In this document: piece after piece, positions 9,683 to 18,424 of the stretch
Position numbering within the stretch: position 1 is the stretch's first letter
Layout: the number at the start of each line of letters is the position of its first letter
From: Candidatus Aminicenantales bacterium
Lineage (GTDB): Bacteria; Acidobacteriota; Aminicenantia; Aminicenantales; UBA4085
NCBI GenBank assembly: GCA_049697115.1
Contig: JBAVVD010000048.1
Coordinates: 18,151-82,150 of the forward strand
Length of the DNA stretch: 64,000 nt
Direction: 5' to 3'
Made by a program: the position numbers and the translations under genes
Notes under the pieces: generated by a model
Seen by the model: only the letters and a program-made list of their open reading frames with translations
Told to the model about the DNA's origin: nothing
The model's database searches: none

Positions 9683-10341
9683 CAGTTCCGATTGTCTTAA
9701 CTCGTGAAGAGGTTCATCGCCTCTTTTCCTTTCTTGAGGGGCCCTATCTTCTCATGTCTCAATTGCTCTATGGAAGCGGCCTCCATCTTCTGGAATGCAT
9801 ACAATTGAGAGTCAAGGACATCGATTTTGCCAATAATTTGCTAGTCATTCGGGCGGGAAAAGGAGAGAAAGACAGAACCACCATACTGGCGGACAAGATC
9901 AAGGAGTCTCTGAAAGCCCATTTGAAGAGAATCAAGAAGTTGCATGACCAGGATTTGGCAAAAGGATACAGGGGGACAACGCTTCCTGATGCCCTGGAGA
10001 AAAAATATCCGAATGCCAATAAAGAATGGGCCTGGCAATGGGTGTTCCCCTCGAAAAGCCTGGTGGTCCATCCTAGGAGCGGCAGGGTCATGCGTCATCA
10101 TATCCAACCCAGTACGCTTCAAAGGATGATAAAAGACGCTCTAAGAAAATCGAAGATTTCAAAACCTGCAAGCTGTCACACGCTGCGGCACAGTTTCGCT
10201 ACGCATCTTCTGGAAGCAGGGCATAATATCCGAACGATCCAGGAACTCATGGGCCATAAGAACGTGAATACCACGATGATATACACTCATGTGGCTCGAA
10301 AGAGTTATTCGGACATTTCTAGCCCTTTGGACAAACTGTAA
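9683..10341 (+). pseudogene. intI: integron integrase IntI remnant (5'-truncated; catalytic box I Arg replaced by His)
   Basis: The frame is open from the TGA at 9680. PIVLTREEVHRLFLFLEGPYLLMSQLLYGSGLHLLE...ALEKKYPNANKEWAWQWVFPS...HTLRHSFATHLLEAGHNIRTIQELMGHKNVNTTMIYTHV aligns with IntI1 from about residue 115 to the C-terminus, including the IntI-specific insertion. The first 100 or so codons are missing, and the upstream homologous sequence is interrupted by stops. GMRISE is replaced by GLHLLE. Confidence 0.8.
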
Positions 10342-10434
10342 GAAATGCCGAAAAGACTAAGCGGTTGTTTCCGAGATATCTCACGCTCCGTAAAACTTCC
10401 GCGGCTATCTGGTAAATAATCGCTCCTCTGATGG

Positions 10435-10592
10435 ATATTTGAGTCGTCAAATATACGACTTGCAATTTAATATGGATATTTTTAAGATAAGACTGCAATT
10501 TTGATGGGATATTTGATGGAATCACATAATATGCGACGTTAAAAAAGGAAGATTTGCATCAAATACAGCATGCTGTATAGTAATAGTTATGC
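10435..10592 (-). repeat. attI-like/platform repeat copy B (inverted copy of A)
   Basis: The reverse complement aligns with copy A over about 150 bp. Its outer end is GTTATGC (10586-10592), 42 nt before the ATG at 10634. Confidence 0.7.
10460..10488 (+). promoter_or_regulatory. outward-facing sigma-70-like promoter inside repeat B
   Basis: TTGCAA (10460-10465), a 17-nt spacer, then TAAGAT (10483-10488). It reads toward the right-hand cassette run. Confidence 0.45.
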
Positions 10593-10633
10593 GTCCCCAA
10601 AATAATATGCTTCATTAATTTGGAGGTTGAGAT

Positions 10634-11443
10634 ATGTCTTTTAACATTCAAAGAATATTAGACTCAGTTGTAAAGACTCTAGATCGAATTATTAATATGC
10701 TTGATATAGCTTTGAACGCATTTTACAAATTTTTAGACTATCTCATAAAAACGTTTGAAGAAGTTGCAAAAAAAATACTTGATCTACTTACTAATCTACT
10801 TAGGGTTGTTTTTTATATTCTCCCTTTTATTTTTATGATTATCATTGGTTCTCAAAAGAATTGGTTTTGGATGTCAATTACTGGATGGGCAGTAATCATA
10901 TTTGTTCTCGTTCTTTTCTTCAGAGACTTTATTGCCGAGATTAAGGGTGATAATAAAACTTCAAGCCAAAATATGCCGATTCAATCCAAAAGAGCATTTA
11001 TTGTTATTCTCATACTAAATGTGTTATTAATCTCGTATTCTTTTATTTTTTATTTCGTTGGCATTAGCCCTGAAAAATATATTTTGGAATTTATTACAGA
11101 AGCCCCAGCAAATGAGAAAGCTAATGAGATTCGAGAGGCAGAATATTTGAATATAATTTCGGCAAAAAATAATACTGATTTTTCCTCTACTATATCCACT
11201 ATCTCAAATCTTGGATTGTTAAAATCATCCAAGGCATCTCCAATACTCATTGAAAAACTGAATGGTTTTATAGCAAAAGAATTGAATGAAAACGAAACAA
11301 AAGAAGTAACTGCAATTATTGAAGCCCTTGAAAATATAGGTGGAGAGGATGCTTGCAATTCATTAGTTAAATTTGAGGTAAACTGTAGCAACAATGATTT
11401 AGTTCTTAAAGCAAGAAAAGCGGCTAACAAAATATGTCGTTAA
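10634..11443 (+). CDS. hypothetical membrane protein with C-terminal HEAT-like repeats
   Basis: The 269-aa product is strongly AT-rich. It has TM helices in the middle and ends with AIIEALENIGGEDACNSLVKF...LVLKARKAANKI, resembling HEAT/PBS-lyase repeats. A GGAGG RBS is present. Confidence 0.45.
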   Translation: MSFNIQRILDSVVKTLDRIINMLDIALNAFYKFLDYLIKTFEEVAKKILDLLTNLLRVVFYILPFIFMIIIGSQKNWFWMSITGWAVIIFVLVLFFRDFIAEIKGDNKTSSQNMPIQSKRAFIVILILNVLLISYSFIFYFVGISPEKYILEFITEAPANEKANEIREAEYLNIISAKNNTDFSSTISTISNLGLLKSSKASPILIEKLNGFIAKELNENETKEVTAIIEALENIGGEDACNSLVKFEVNCSNNDLVLKARKAANKICR

Positions 11444-11456
11444 ATATTATTAAAAC

Positions 11457-11515
11457 GCATAACAAGTCATTGCAGCGGACTGCGTAAACGCCGCCGCTGA
11501 ATTCTATCGTTAGAC
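11457..11515. other. attC-like site
   Basis: GCATAAC...cattgcagcggactgcgtaaacgccgccgctg...GTTAGAC (11509-11515). The stem is related to the sites at 7226 and 8471. Confidence 0.5.
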
Positions 11516-11546
11516 TGCAAGAGACATAGAAAGATAGGAGGCAAGG

Positions 11547-11927
11547 ATGTCCCACGAATTCACAGAACGCGGACAAGCGGAAAATGTGCATGGCGAGGTT
11601 GTTAAAGCCACACCCGGAGCGATCGATCCTTCGGAGAAAGACTGGCCCGAGGTACTTGACCGCAGTGTCAATCGGGTCGCGGACGTTATTCAGGAACGGC
11701 AGCAGCTCCAGCATGAGCTAAGTAAGGCCACGATCTCGATCGACAAAGGCCTCCTGCTCGTAATTGGACTTGCCCTACTTGCAACCCTTTTGTTCACGTT
11801 CTATATGCTTGCCCGAGACAAGCTCCAGGCGGTCACTCAGGTACTCTATCCAATCCTCACCGCCTTGCTGGGTTTCATGAGTGGCTACTTTGCTGGGTCA
11901 GGTAGAAAGGGTGCTCGTCAGAAGTAG
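11547..11927 (+). CDS. hypothetical membrane protein
   Basis: The 126-aa product has a C-terminal pair of TM helices. It is followed at once by an attC-like site. Confidence 0.4.
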   Translation: MSHEFTERGQAENVHGEVVKATPGAIDPSEKDWPEVLDRSVNRVADVIQERQQLQHELSKATISIDKGLLLVIGLALLATLLFTFYMLARDKLQAVTQVLYPILTALLGFMSGYFAGSGRKGARQK

Positions 11928-11936
11928 GAGTGAGCA

Positions 11937-12032
11937 GTCTAACCCGGCGCTGCAGCTGGCGGATCACCGTCACGGCCTTTGCAGCCGCAAGGCCCGTGCC
12001 AGGACCCGCAGCTGAGCGCCAGTCCGTTAGGC
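11937..12032. other. attC-like site
   Basis: GTCTAAC (11937-11943)...ccggcgctgcagctggcgg...ccgcagctgagcgccag...CGTTAGGC (12026-12032), about 96 bp. Confidence 0.6.
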
Positions 12033-12073
12033 AGAATGGCCTTGGTGAACCTGCCTCACAGGAGGAGTGCAAG

Positions 12074-12940
12074 ATGCGCCGTTTCCTATTGGCTTGCATG
12101 CTTATCGTTTCAGTCATGCCGAGCTCTGCACCGACGCAGCCAGCTCAATCAGTGCCCATCGAGTTCCTTAGCGGGGGAGAATACGTTAGAGGCCAGTTCT
12201 TCGGGAGCGCAGATGGAGATCCGATAGCAACGCTGGTCCTCCTCCCCGGCTGGCCAGGAGACCCACGCGACGTACTCGGATTGGGGGCCCTTCTTGCGCG
12301 GCTGAACGTGAACGTGCTCATGTTCAACCCGCGCGGTCTGTATCAGAGCGAGGGCACATCGACTTTTGCACACACCCTCGAGGACATCGCCGCATCCCTG
12401 AAGTGGCTCAGACAGGCGGATACGCGTCAGCGGTTCAGGGTCGACATCGACCGTATTGCGTTGGGGGGACACAGCTATGGTGGGGGCATGACCATGGCAT
12501 ATGCGGCTGCCGATCCCGGGATCCGGCGAGTGATCTCGATTGCCGGCAACGACCACGGGGACTTCATCCGTAGGATCCAGAGTGATCTTCAGTTCGCGGA
12601 GGACATGCGGCAGATGTTGGCGAGTACCCGTGCACCAAATGGTCCAGCCAGGTTTGACCTGGAAACTGGACTAAAGGACCTTGCTGATCATCAAGATATA
12701 TATGGCCTCAGAGAGAATGCTCCGCGTCTTGCCGACCGCTCCATTCTGCTTGTTGGCGGTTGGGAAGATGTGCAGGTCACAGTGGAGGACGTGCTTCTTC
12801 CGTTGTATCGGTCTCTGAAGGCTGCCGGAGCGTCCGACGTTACATTCCTCACGTACCATGACGATCATGGGTTTGGGACAGTGCGGCAGCAATTGGCCGC
12901 AGATATCCAGCAATGGCTAGTTCGCCACATGCCCAAGTAG
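12074..12940 (+). CDS. secreted alpha/beta hydrolase (dienelactone-hydrolase-like)
   Basis: The product has a signal peptide (MRRFLLACMLIVSVMPSSAP) and a GGHSYGG nucleophile elbow. The gene is about 62% GC. The ORF listed from 11930 spans the attC-like site, and the RBS-supported start is 12074 (AGGAGG). Confidence 0.65.
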   Translation: MRRFLLACMLIVSVMPSSAPTQPAQSVPIEFLSGGEYVRGQFFGSADGDPIATLVLLPGWPGDPRDVLGLGALLARLNVNVLMFNPRGLYQSEGTSTFAHTLEDIAASLKWLRQADTRQRFRVDIDRIALGGHSYGGGMTMAYAAADPGIRRVISIAGNDHGDFIRRIQSDLQFAEDMRQMLASTRAPNGPARFDLETGLKDLADHQDIYGLRENAPRLADRSILLVGGWEDVQVTVEDVLLPLYRSLKAAGASDVTFLTYHDDHGFGTVRQQLAADIQQWLVRHMPK

Positions 12941-12947
12941 AGCCTCT

Positions 12948-13020
12948 GTCTAACAAGCGCCTGCATCAGTCAGCCGCTTCGCGGTTGCTGGTGAGACGCA
13001 GCGTCAGCTGCGCCAAAACA
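12948..13020. other. attC-like site (weaker)
   Basis: GTCTAAC (12948-12954) is followed by a GC-rich imperfect palindrome, but only a degenerate right end (cGTTTTAGc). Confidence 0.3.
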
Positions 13021-13082
13021 ACGTTTTAGCATCTTGACGTTATAACATTGTGATGCTATGCTTACTTGTGGAGGTGATTTTC

Positions 13083-13316
13083 ATGAGCGAAACTACAAAG
13101 CGTTCAACTATATACTTCAAGCCGGAGCTTCATCGAGCTCTACGAATCAAGGCTATTGATACCCAGCGTAGCTTGTCTGATCTCGTAAATGACGCGGTTC
13201 AAATGGCTCTTCGCGAGGATGAAGAGGACCTCTCTGCATTTGATGAGCGGGCGAGCGAGCCTACGTTGACATATGAAGAACTGCTCAGGGATCTGAAAGC
13301 TCATGGGAAAATATAG
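13083..13316 (+). CDS. antitoxin of a RelE/ParE module (RHH/Phd-like)
   Basis: MSETTKRSTIYFKPELHRALRIKAIDTQRSLSDLVNDAVQMALRE is antitoxin-like. It overlaps the toxin gene by 14 nt. Confidence 0.6.
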   Translation: MSETTKRSTIYFKPELHRALRIKAIDTQRSLSDLVNDAVQMALREDEEDLSAFDERASEPTLTYEELLRDLKAHGKI

Positions 13317-13566
13317 ATTAGTCTTCAAGAAATCGGTCGCGAAGGATCTGCGTGATCTCCCGAAGAAAGATGTCGCTCGCATCCTGAAATATTTCAATGC
13401 GTTATCAGAGAATCCGCGCGCTCCTGGTTGCGAAAAGTTATCTAGCCAGGAAAGATATCGAGTTCGGCGGGGTGTGTACCGTATTATTTATGAAATCAAG
13501 GATGATGTATTGACAGTAATCGTGATAAAAGTCGGCCACAGGCGTGATGTCTATAAGGGCAGCTGA
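13303..13566 (+). CDS. RelE/ParE-family type II toxin
   Basis: The 87-aa product reads LVFKKSVAKDLRDLPKK...GVYRIIYEIKDDVLTVIVIKVGHRRDVY. It is a paralogue of the toxin at 5761..6021. Confidence 0.8.
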   Translation: MGKYRLVFKKSVAKDLRDLPKKDVARILKYFNALSENPRAPGCEKLSSQERYRVRRGVYRIIYEIKDDVLTVIVIKVGHRRDVYKGS

Positions 13567-13612
13567 CTGCAGCGTGCAGCAGCCGAGAGGCACTTCCTCT
13601 TTCAGCGCTTTG

Positions 13613-14023
13613 TTAGCCTCGCGCATTATCCTCATCAATTATTTTGCAGCCTTCGGTCCAATCCGCGTAAACCTGCCAATGCTTGATCTTATCGTTCTCC
13701 ACTATAGCCTTCCAGGCGGCTGGCATTTCAATCCTGTTCTCAGGGACAAGCCCGCGCTTACCGTTGTAAGTCCCGGAAGCGGACCCGAAGACTGCGACGA
13801 GGCCTCTATCTTGGAGCATACTCTGGACTTCGATTCTGTAGTCGGGAAACATGCGGAAGTATTGGTTCCATCCTTTTGTCATGTTTTCGCGGCCCGACTC
13901 GACTTTGCCACTAGAGTCCACAAAGTTGTGGTCTTCCGCCATCAAGCTGGAGAGTTTAGAAATATCACCTTTATTGATAGCGGTAATAAAGGCCTTTACG
14001 ACACCGATCTCGCTTGAATCCAT
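13613..14023 (-). CDS. NTF2/SnoaL-like domain protein
   Basis: The 136-aa product is flanked by the complementary cores GTTAGCC (13612-13618) and GGCTAAC (14040-14046). Confidence 0.45.
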   Translation of the reverse strand: MDSSEIGVVKAFITAINKGDISKLSSLMAEDHNFVDSSGKVESGRENMTKGWNQYFRMFPDYRIEVQSMLQDRGLVAVFGSASGTYNGKRGLVPENRIEMPAAWKAIVENDKIKHWQVYADWTEGCKIIDEDNARG

Positions 14024-14213
14024 CCTGTTTTCTCCCTTGGGCTAACAATTACCATATAATATGCAGTGAAACAATGGACTATCAGGAGATTCTTTTCGAA
14101 ATCAATATCTTTGACTCAGAGCTTAACACATTCCATGAATCGGAAAAGTCCTTCCTCAAAGGAGATTTCGCGCAGGCCGCATCTCCCTGCTTTTAGATTT
14201 TCGCTAAAGCTTT

Positions 14214-14609
14214 TTATTGAGAAGAAGACTCAAATGCTCCATGCGATTTGAAATCAACATTGACATTTTTTTGGTCGAATGAATACCATGCCCCTGTAGC
14301 CGCATCAACAATGATAGGAATTAATCCGGCTAAGACATCCAAAATAACCCATCCCACTCCCACGTGATTATTTAAGTTTATCGTTTTTGTTTGGCCGCCA
14401 TACTTAAACTCGATGACGTATGTTTTTTTTGTTATCAATTTGAAATTTATGGGAGCCCTTCCCATCATTTTGCCATCAACCCATATCTCCGCGCCACTCG
14501 GGTTAGAGCCGAAATTGACTTCTTCCGATGTTCCCTTAAACAGAGTGGCGCAGTTTGTCAGATAAAAACAGAGACAAAATACAAGTAACGCTGAAATTTT
14601 AGCTTTCAC
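14214..14609 (-). CDS. PEGA-domain lipoprotein
   Basis: The product has a signal peptide and lipobox (LTNC) and the PEGA-like stretch SNPSGAEIWVDGKMMGRAP. Confidence 0.45.
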   Translation of the reverse strand: MKAKISALLVFCLCFYLTNCATLFKGTSEEVNFGSNPSGAEIWVDGKMMGRAPINFKLITKKTYVIEFKYGGQTKTINLNNHVGVGWVILDVLAGLIPIIVDAATGAWYSFDQKNVNVDFKSHGAFESSSQ

Positions 14610-14847
14610 CTTTAATTCCTCCTTAAGGAATAAATGATAATTTACGAAATAATTAATGTCAACCGAAGATTATTTATATAGGAGTTCCTCTAAAATAGGG
14701 CTTAAAATTCGCTAGGTCTTTTACATTATTGAATTTATAGGACCTACGATATGCCATGGCATTATGCACGGTACTATATCTGATAATACAGGTAGTAAGA
14801 TTGCCGCAGTTACACCTTGCTCCTGTGTCATGGATATTGTTTGAATG

Positions 14848-14904
14848 GGCTAACAAGGCGCATGCACCGGACGCCGATGGCGCCGGTGATACTTAACATT
14901 AGCC
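14848..14904. other. attC-like site with no adjacent ORF
   Basis: GGCTAAC...caccggacgcc gatg gcgccggtg...ATTAGCC. The 10-bp stem is nearly perfect. Confidence 0.5.
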
Positions 14905-15033
14905 GGTAATAAGAAACTTTCTCATGAGATTCTGTGTATTAAACTAATAATGTAATAACACTTATGGCTTCAATAAACTGATTTGAACTTCTTCTTTCTT
15001 GAAAAGTTACTCTTGTTAGGTGTTTTTGTTTGA

Positions 15034-15236
15034 TTCACAGGCGAAACCAGTTTTATGTTCTGCTGCCTCTTTCAAGATTTTGAAGCCGCCGCGTAGCACG
15101 ACAACTGCGATGACAAAACCAATGACAAGATCGGGATAGCGGCTGCCCAGAGCCCAAACCAGGACGCCGGACAAAATAACGCCAACATTGGCAATAAGGC
15201 CTAACGCCTGAAATAACCCGCACGGTTTTACCGTGT
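15034..15236 (-). pseudogene. cation diffusion facilitator (CzcD-like) transporter gene fragment
   Basis: The minus-strand translation ALGLIANVGVILSGVLVWALGSRYPDLVIGFVIAVVVLRGGFKILKEAAEH resembles the last TM helices and start of the C-terminal domain of CDF transporters. There is no start codon and the fragment runs into an attC-like site. Confidence 0.35.
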
Positions 15237-15258
15237 CGGATTGATGGACTTGTTAGCC
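15199..15258. other. attC-like site
   Basis: GCCTAACG...cacggttttaccgtg...GTTAGCC (15252-15258). Confidence 0.45.
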
Positions 15259-15262
15259 ACTG

Positions 15263-15970
15263 TTATTCCTCAATGGACCCTCCTTTTTCCCGCAAGTGTC
15301 TACGGAACGTATAGGTTGGATCCTTGGATCGCTTCTTTAAGTATTCGTCAAACCGGAGTTGGTCACGAAGCTTTCTTCCAGCCCGTATTTCCTCCGCCTG
15401 TCGTCGCTCCGTTTGCCAAATGATGCGTGCAGTAGAGATAAGTTCATCGGCATGTTGAATTGGGGCGAAAAGAACTCCGTCACCGTCAGCAAAAACAATG
15501 TCCTCCTTTGATACATGGAAATCGCCAAAAAGAGCGGTCGTGAGTGCATCGGCATCGGGTGAATCAAGCCGCTGGGGACCTGTCGGGCAAGTGCCGTAAC
15601 TGAAGATTGGGAAACCAATATGGTTAAGCTCCGCCGTATCTCTGTGACAGCCCCAGACAACGATTCCTGCCAATCCACTCGCTTGAGCCTCCAATGCCGT
15701 TAAATCTCCAATACACCCTTCATCCATTCTTCCTCTATTATCTATGACAAGAATGTCTCCTTGTTGTGCGGTCCCCATGGCTTCAAGAAAGATATCCACG
15801 CTGCCGTAGTGTTTCACGGGCAAGGCTCTGCCAGCAATACGGCTCCCCGCAGGTAATGTACGAATGCCTGGAGGCGCGACGCGAGTGGGCAAGCCCAAAC
15901 GCAAGCAAGCATCCGCTATGAGCGGGGTTGAGAGATCTGATAAAGCACTATTCAAGTCTTGGTTTTTCAT
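15263..15970 (-). CDS. RraA-family protein (RNase E regulator / HMG-CHA aldolase-like)
   Basis: The 235-aa product contains STPLIADACLRLG...GDILVIDNRG...VVWGCHRDT...GFPIFSYGTCP, typical RraA/MenG family blocks. Confidence 0.7.
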   Translation of the reverse strand: MKNQDLNSALSDLSTPLIADACLRLGLPTRVAPPGIRTLPAGSRIAGRALPVKHYGSVDIFLEAMGTAQQGDILVIDNRGRMDEGCIGDLTALEAQASGLAGIVVWGCHRDTAELNHIGFPIFSYGTCPTGPQRLDSPDADALTTALFGDFHVSKEDIVFADGDGVLFAPIQHADELISTARIIWQTERRQAEEIRAGRKLRDQLRFDEYLKKRSKDPTYTFRRHLREKGGSIEE

Positions 15971-16062
15971 TCAAAGCTCCGTTGTGACCAACTGCAAGGC
16001 TCAGGGGCGCAAGGGCTTACTCGCATCCGCATACCAAAAACGCACAGAAACAGATGCAGTGT

Positions 16063-16120
16063 GTCTAACATTCATGTTTTCAAACATCGCCTTTGCATCC
16101 ACCGTAAACGATTGTTAGGC
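16063..16120. other. attC-like site
   Basis: GTCTAAC (16063-16069)...ATGTTTTCAAACAT...GTTAGGC (16114-16120), 58 bp. Confidence 0.55.
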
Positions 16121-16121
16121 A

Positions 16122-17342
16122 TTATTTTGATTTAACATTCGTCGCTATTTCAATTTCTGAAAATTCTGTCGCCTGTTTTATTAAGTCAATATCTGGTTGT
16201 TCCATAAGATATTTGTCAAAGAAAGCCAAGACGAGCACATTCATGATCTCGACGGTTTTTTTCCCATTGATAGATCCTAGAAGAAATTTGACTGCCGAAA
16301 TAGGATAGACGGAATAGTCAGATAAATTGTAGTGATCTGAATCTTTTACACTTAAGGAGTAACAATCCATCTTGGATTTACTTGTGAATATTTTACCGTA
16401 CCCTAAAAACCGTTTACTATTCAGAAACATGGTAGGTGTTTGAATTTCCCTCTCCAATGATGAACCGATTAATCCGCCATCCATATTGACGCATGCCTTG
16501 ATTCTTTTATCTGAAAGACAAATTTCACTTGATGCAATCCCCCCCATCGACATTCCGAATACCCCAATTCTATCAAGGTTCAATTTTTCTTTAAATATTT
16601 TGTTTTCATTGTTCATACCCTCTAATTGATCCATGAAAAATGAAATATCTTCTGCCCAATACCTTGGACTTTCTGTTAGAGCAGTGGGCAAAACATTGTT
16701 TATATCCACAAAAACTTGTCTACGCTCCTCGTCATTGCCGGCTTGATACATTTTTCGCATCAATTCCATGGCTTTGGGGTTTGTCATCTCTTGCATAATT
16801 TTCTGAAACCTAAGACTTTTCATGTCAATATAGATGAGCCGCCCATCTGGAAATGATGAAAATTTACATTCATAATGATGAGAAATACTAAAAACGATAT
16901 AGCCATGGCTTGCCAATTCTTCCATCAAGATTGAATTTTGTGAATAATGCTCACCCCACCCGTGAGAAAATATCAATATTGGGTATTTGTTTTCTTTGGA
17001 TGACACAGGTACATCACGACTTGAGTTTGTTTTCAAGTCCTTGTATATCTCTGGAAATTGAAGATACCTCATGACAAATTCTGCTTCGGCCTTCAGAAAA
17101 TAGGGTTCAGGATTGGATTTATGATCTGAGGGATACCATGCCTTCACTGTAATTTCTCTGTGACTTTCCTGATTGTTGTCAAATAATTCTTTTCGATTAT
17201 CATCAATAAAACTGAGGTAAGTTATTCCGACAAAATGTTTCCCCGTAGGTTTTGGTAATGTGTTGGTTTGTATTTGACCGGAATTACTTTGACCGCAATT
17301 AAATATCAGGCTGCAAAGAAATAAGATAAACATACGTCTCAT
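16122..17342 (-). CDS. alpha/beta-hydrolase lipoprotein (PAF-acetylhydrolase-like)
   Basis: The product has a lipobox (LFLCSLIFNCG), an oxyanion-hole-like FSHGWG and a GMSMGG nucleophile elbow. The gene is AT-rich. Confidence 0.5.
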   Translation of the reverse strand: MRRMFILFLCSLIFNCGQSNSGQIQTNTLPKPTGKHFVGITYLSFIDDNRKELFDNNQESHREITVKAWYPSDHKSNPEPYFLKAEAEFVMRYLQFPEIYKDLKTNSSRDVPVSSKENKYPILIFSHGWGEHYSQNSILMEELASHGYIVFSISHHYECKFSSFPDGRLIYIDMKSLRFQKIMQEMTNPKAMELMRKMYQAGNDEERRQVFVDINNVLPTALTESPRYWAEDISFFMDQLEGMNNENKIFKEKLNLDRIGVFGMSMGGIASSEICLSDKRIKACVNMDGGLIGSSLEREIQTPTMFLNSKRFLGYGKIFTSKSKMDCYSLSVKDSDHYNLSDYSVYPISAVKFLLGSINGKKTVEIMNVLVLAFFDKYLMEQPDIDLIKQATEFSEIEIATNVKSK

Positions 17343-17426
17343 TTTGTTTTTCCTTTCAAATTAAAACCTGACGATTTAAGCCATCGGGGGAAATAAGCCG
17401 TCCGTTGGAGTGGTTTGTGTTTCGCT

Positions 17427-17789
17427 CTATATTTCTTCAAATTCCTTTAGTGTCTTTTTAGTTATTATATCACCTGTATGTTTTATTTTCGATGATTCTA
17501 AAACGACCATCCACGTTTCCTCATCAGCGAATGGCCTATGCTTTTTCCCTTTTGGGATGACCGCCAATTCTCCTGGATTTAATTCAATGATTCCTTCTTC
17601 TAATTCAATTCTGAATTTACCTTTTATTACATAAAACAATTCATCTTCATCTTTATGGTCATGCCAATCCAATTCACCGTTGACTTTAACAATTTTCACA
17701 TCATAGTTATCAACCCGACTAATGACTTTCGGGCTCCATAATTCATCAAACTTTCTGAATTTATCCTCGAGGTTTATTACATTTATCAT
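17427..17789 (-). CDS. cupin-domain protein
   Basis: The 120-aa product contains HDHKDEDELFYVIKGKFRIELEEGIIELNPGELAVIPKGKKHR, a cupin_2 pattern. Confidence 0.65.
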   Translation of the reverse strand: MINVINLEDKFRKFDELWSPKVISRVDNYDVKIVKVNGELDWHDHKDEDELFYVIKGKFRIELEEGIIELNPGELAVIPKGKKHRPFADEETWMVVLESSKIKHTGDIITKKTLKEFEEI

Positions 17790-17811
17790 AGTATACCTTT
17801 CATCTTATTGC

Positions 17812-17901
17812 ACATAACGGCGAAGCTCACCGGCGGCGAAACGTAGCGGAGAGAACCGAAAAGCGAAGCTTTTTGGCGTCCGATTGACCGATTTGTTAGC
17901 G
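17812..17901. other. attC-like site
   Basis: ACATAAC (17812-17818)...GC-rich imperfect palindrome...GTTAGCG (17895-17901). Confidence 0.4.
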
Positions 17902-18342
17902 CTGCTCAATAATTTTCCTTTTGACTTCTTGAACTTCGCCGTAGACTTGAAGTGTCCTCATTACTAGAGGTTTTGTCCTGGTCTTCAAGTCCGAAAGGCG
18001 AGTATACTCGTTTTTTATATATTCTTTGTCAGACTGCTCTTCAAAGGTTATGATGTAAGCCTGATGCACTAGCTTGTTTCTCTCTTTTTGGAGAGGTCGA
18101 AGCTTTTTTACTAAGTCATGATCGGCATTAATCTTTACGAATCGATCCAAGAGCTTTCCAAGTGGTTCATTTTCGACATCCTTCCAACCATATTTGAACG
18201 GCACGACTCCCTTGACTTTAGTAGCGATGATTAAATAGGTCTCCGCTATATACAGCTTTAATCCTAACTCAATGAATTGAAAGTCAAGAAGTATTTTCTG
18301 AACTAAATCCAAATATTCAGTGATTGATCTATCTTTGACCAT
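17896..18342 (-). CDS. hypothetical protein with RNxxxH (HEPN-like) motif
   Basis: The 148-aa, AT-rich product contains QKERNKLVHQAY. It is bounded by attC-like sites. Confidence 0.4.
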   Translation of the reverse strand: MVKDRSITEYLDLVQKILLDFQFIELGLKLYIAETYLIIATKVKGVVPFKYGWKDVENEPLGKLLDRFVKINADHDLVKKLRPLQKERNKLVHQAYIITFEEQSDKEYIKNEYTRLSDLKTRTKPLVMRTLQVYGEVQEVKRKIIEQR

Positions 18343-18365
18343 AATAAGGCACCCACTTCTTAGGT

Positions 18366-18424
18366 GCTAACGTGACAAGTGAGGCATGCATGTTACAGCA
18401 TCGCCTCGACTTGGTTTGTTAGCG
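18366..18424. other. attC-like site
   Basis: GCTAACG (18366-18372)...catgcatg...GTTAGCG (18418-18424). Confidence 0.5.

Noticed and set aside
11930-12073. N-terminal 48 codons of the ORF listed as 11930..12940
   Set aside because: This stretch coincides with a well-formed attC-like palindrome (GTCTAAC...GTTAGGC). The downstream Met at 12074 has an AGGAGG RBS and begins a signal peptide, so the upstream extension is not coding.
17360-17415. Possible degenerate attC-like site after the PAF-AH-like gene (ataagccgtccgttgg resembles the 7251-7266 stem)
   Set aside because: Only one arm is recognisable and no RYYYAAC or GTTRRRY termini are present. I noted it as a possible decayed site but did not annotate it.
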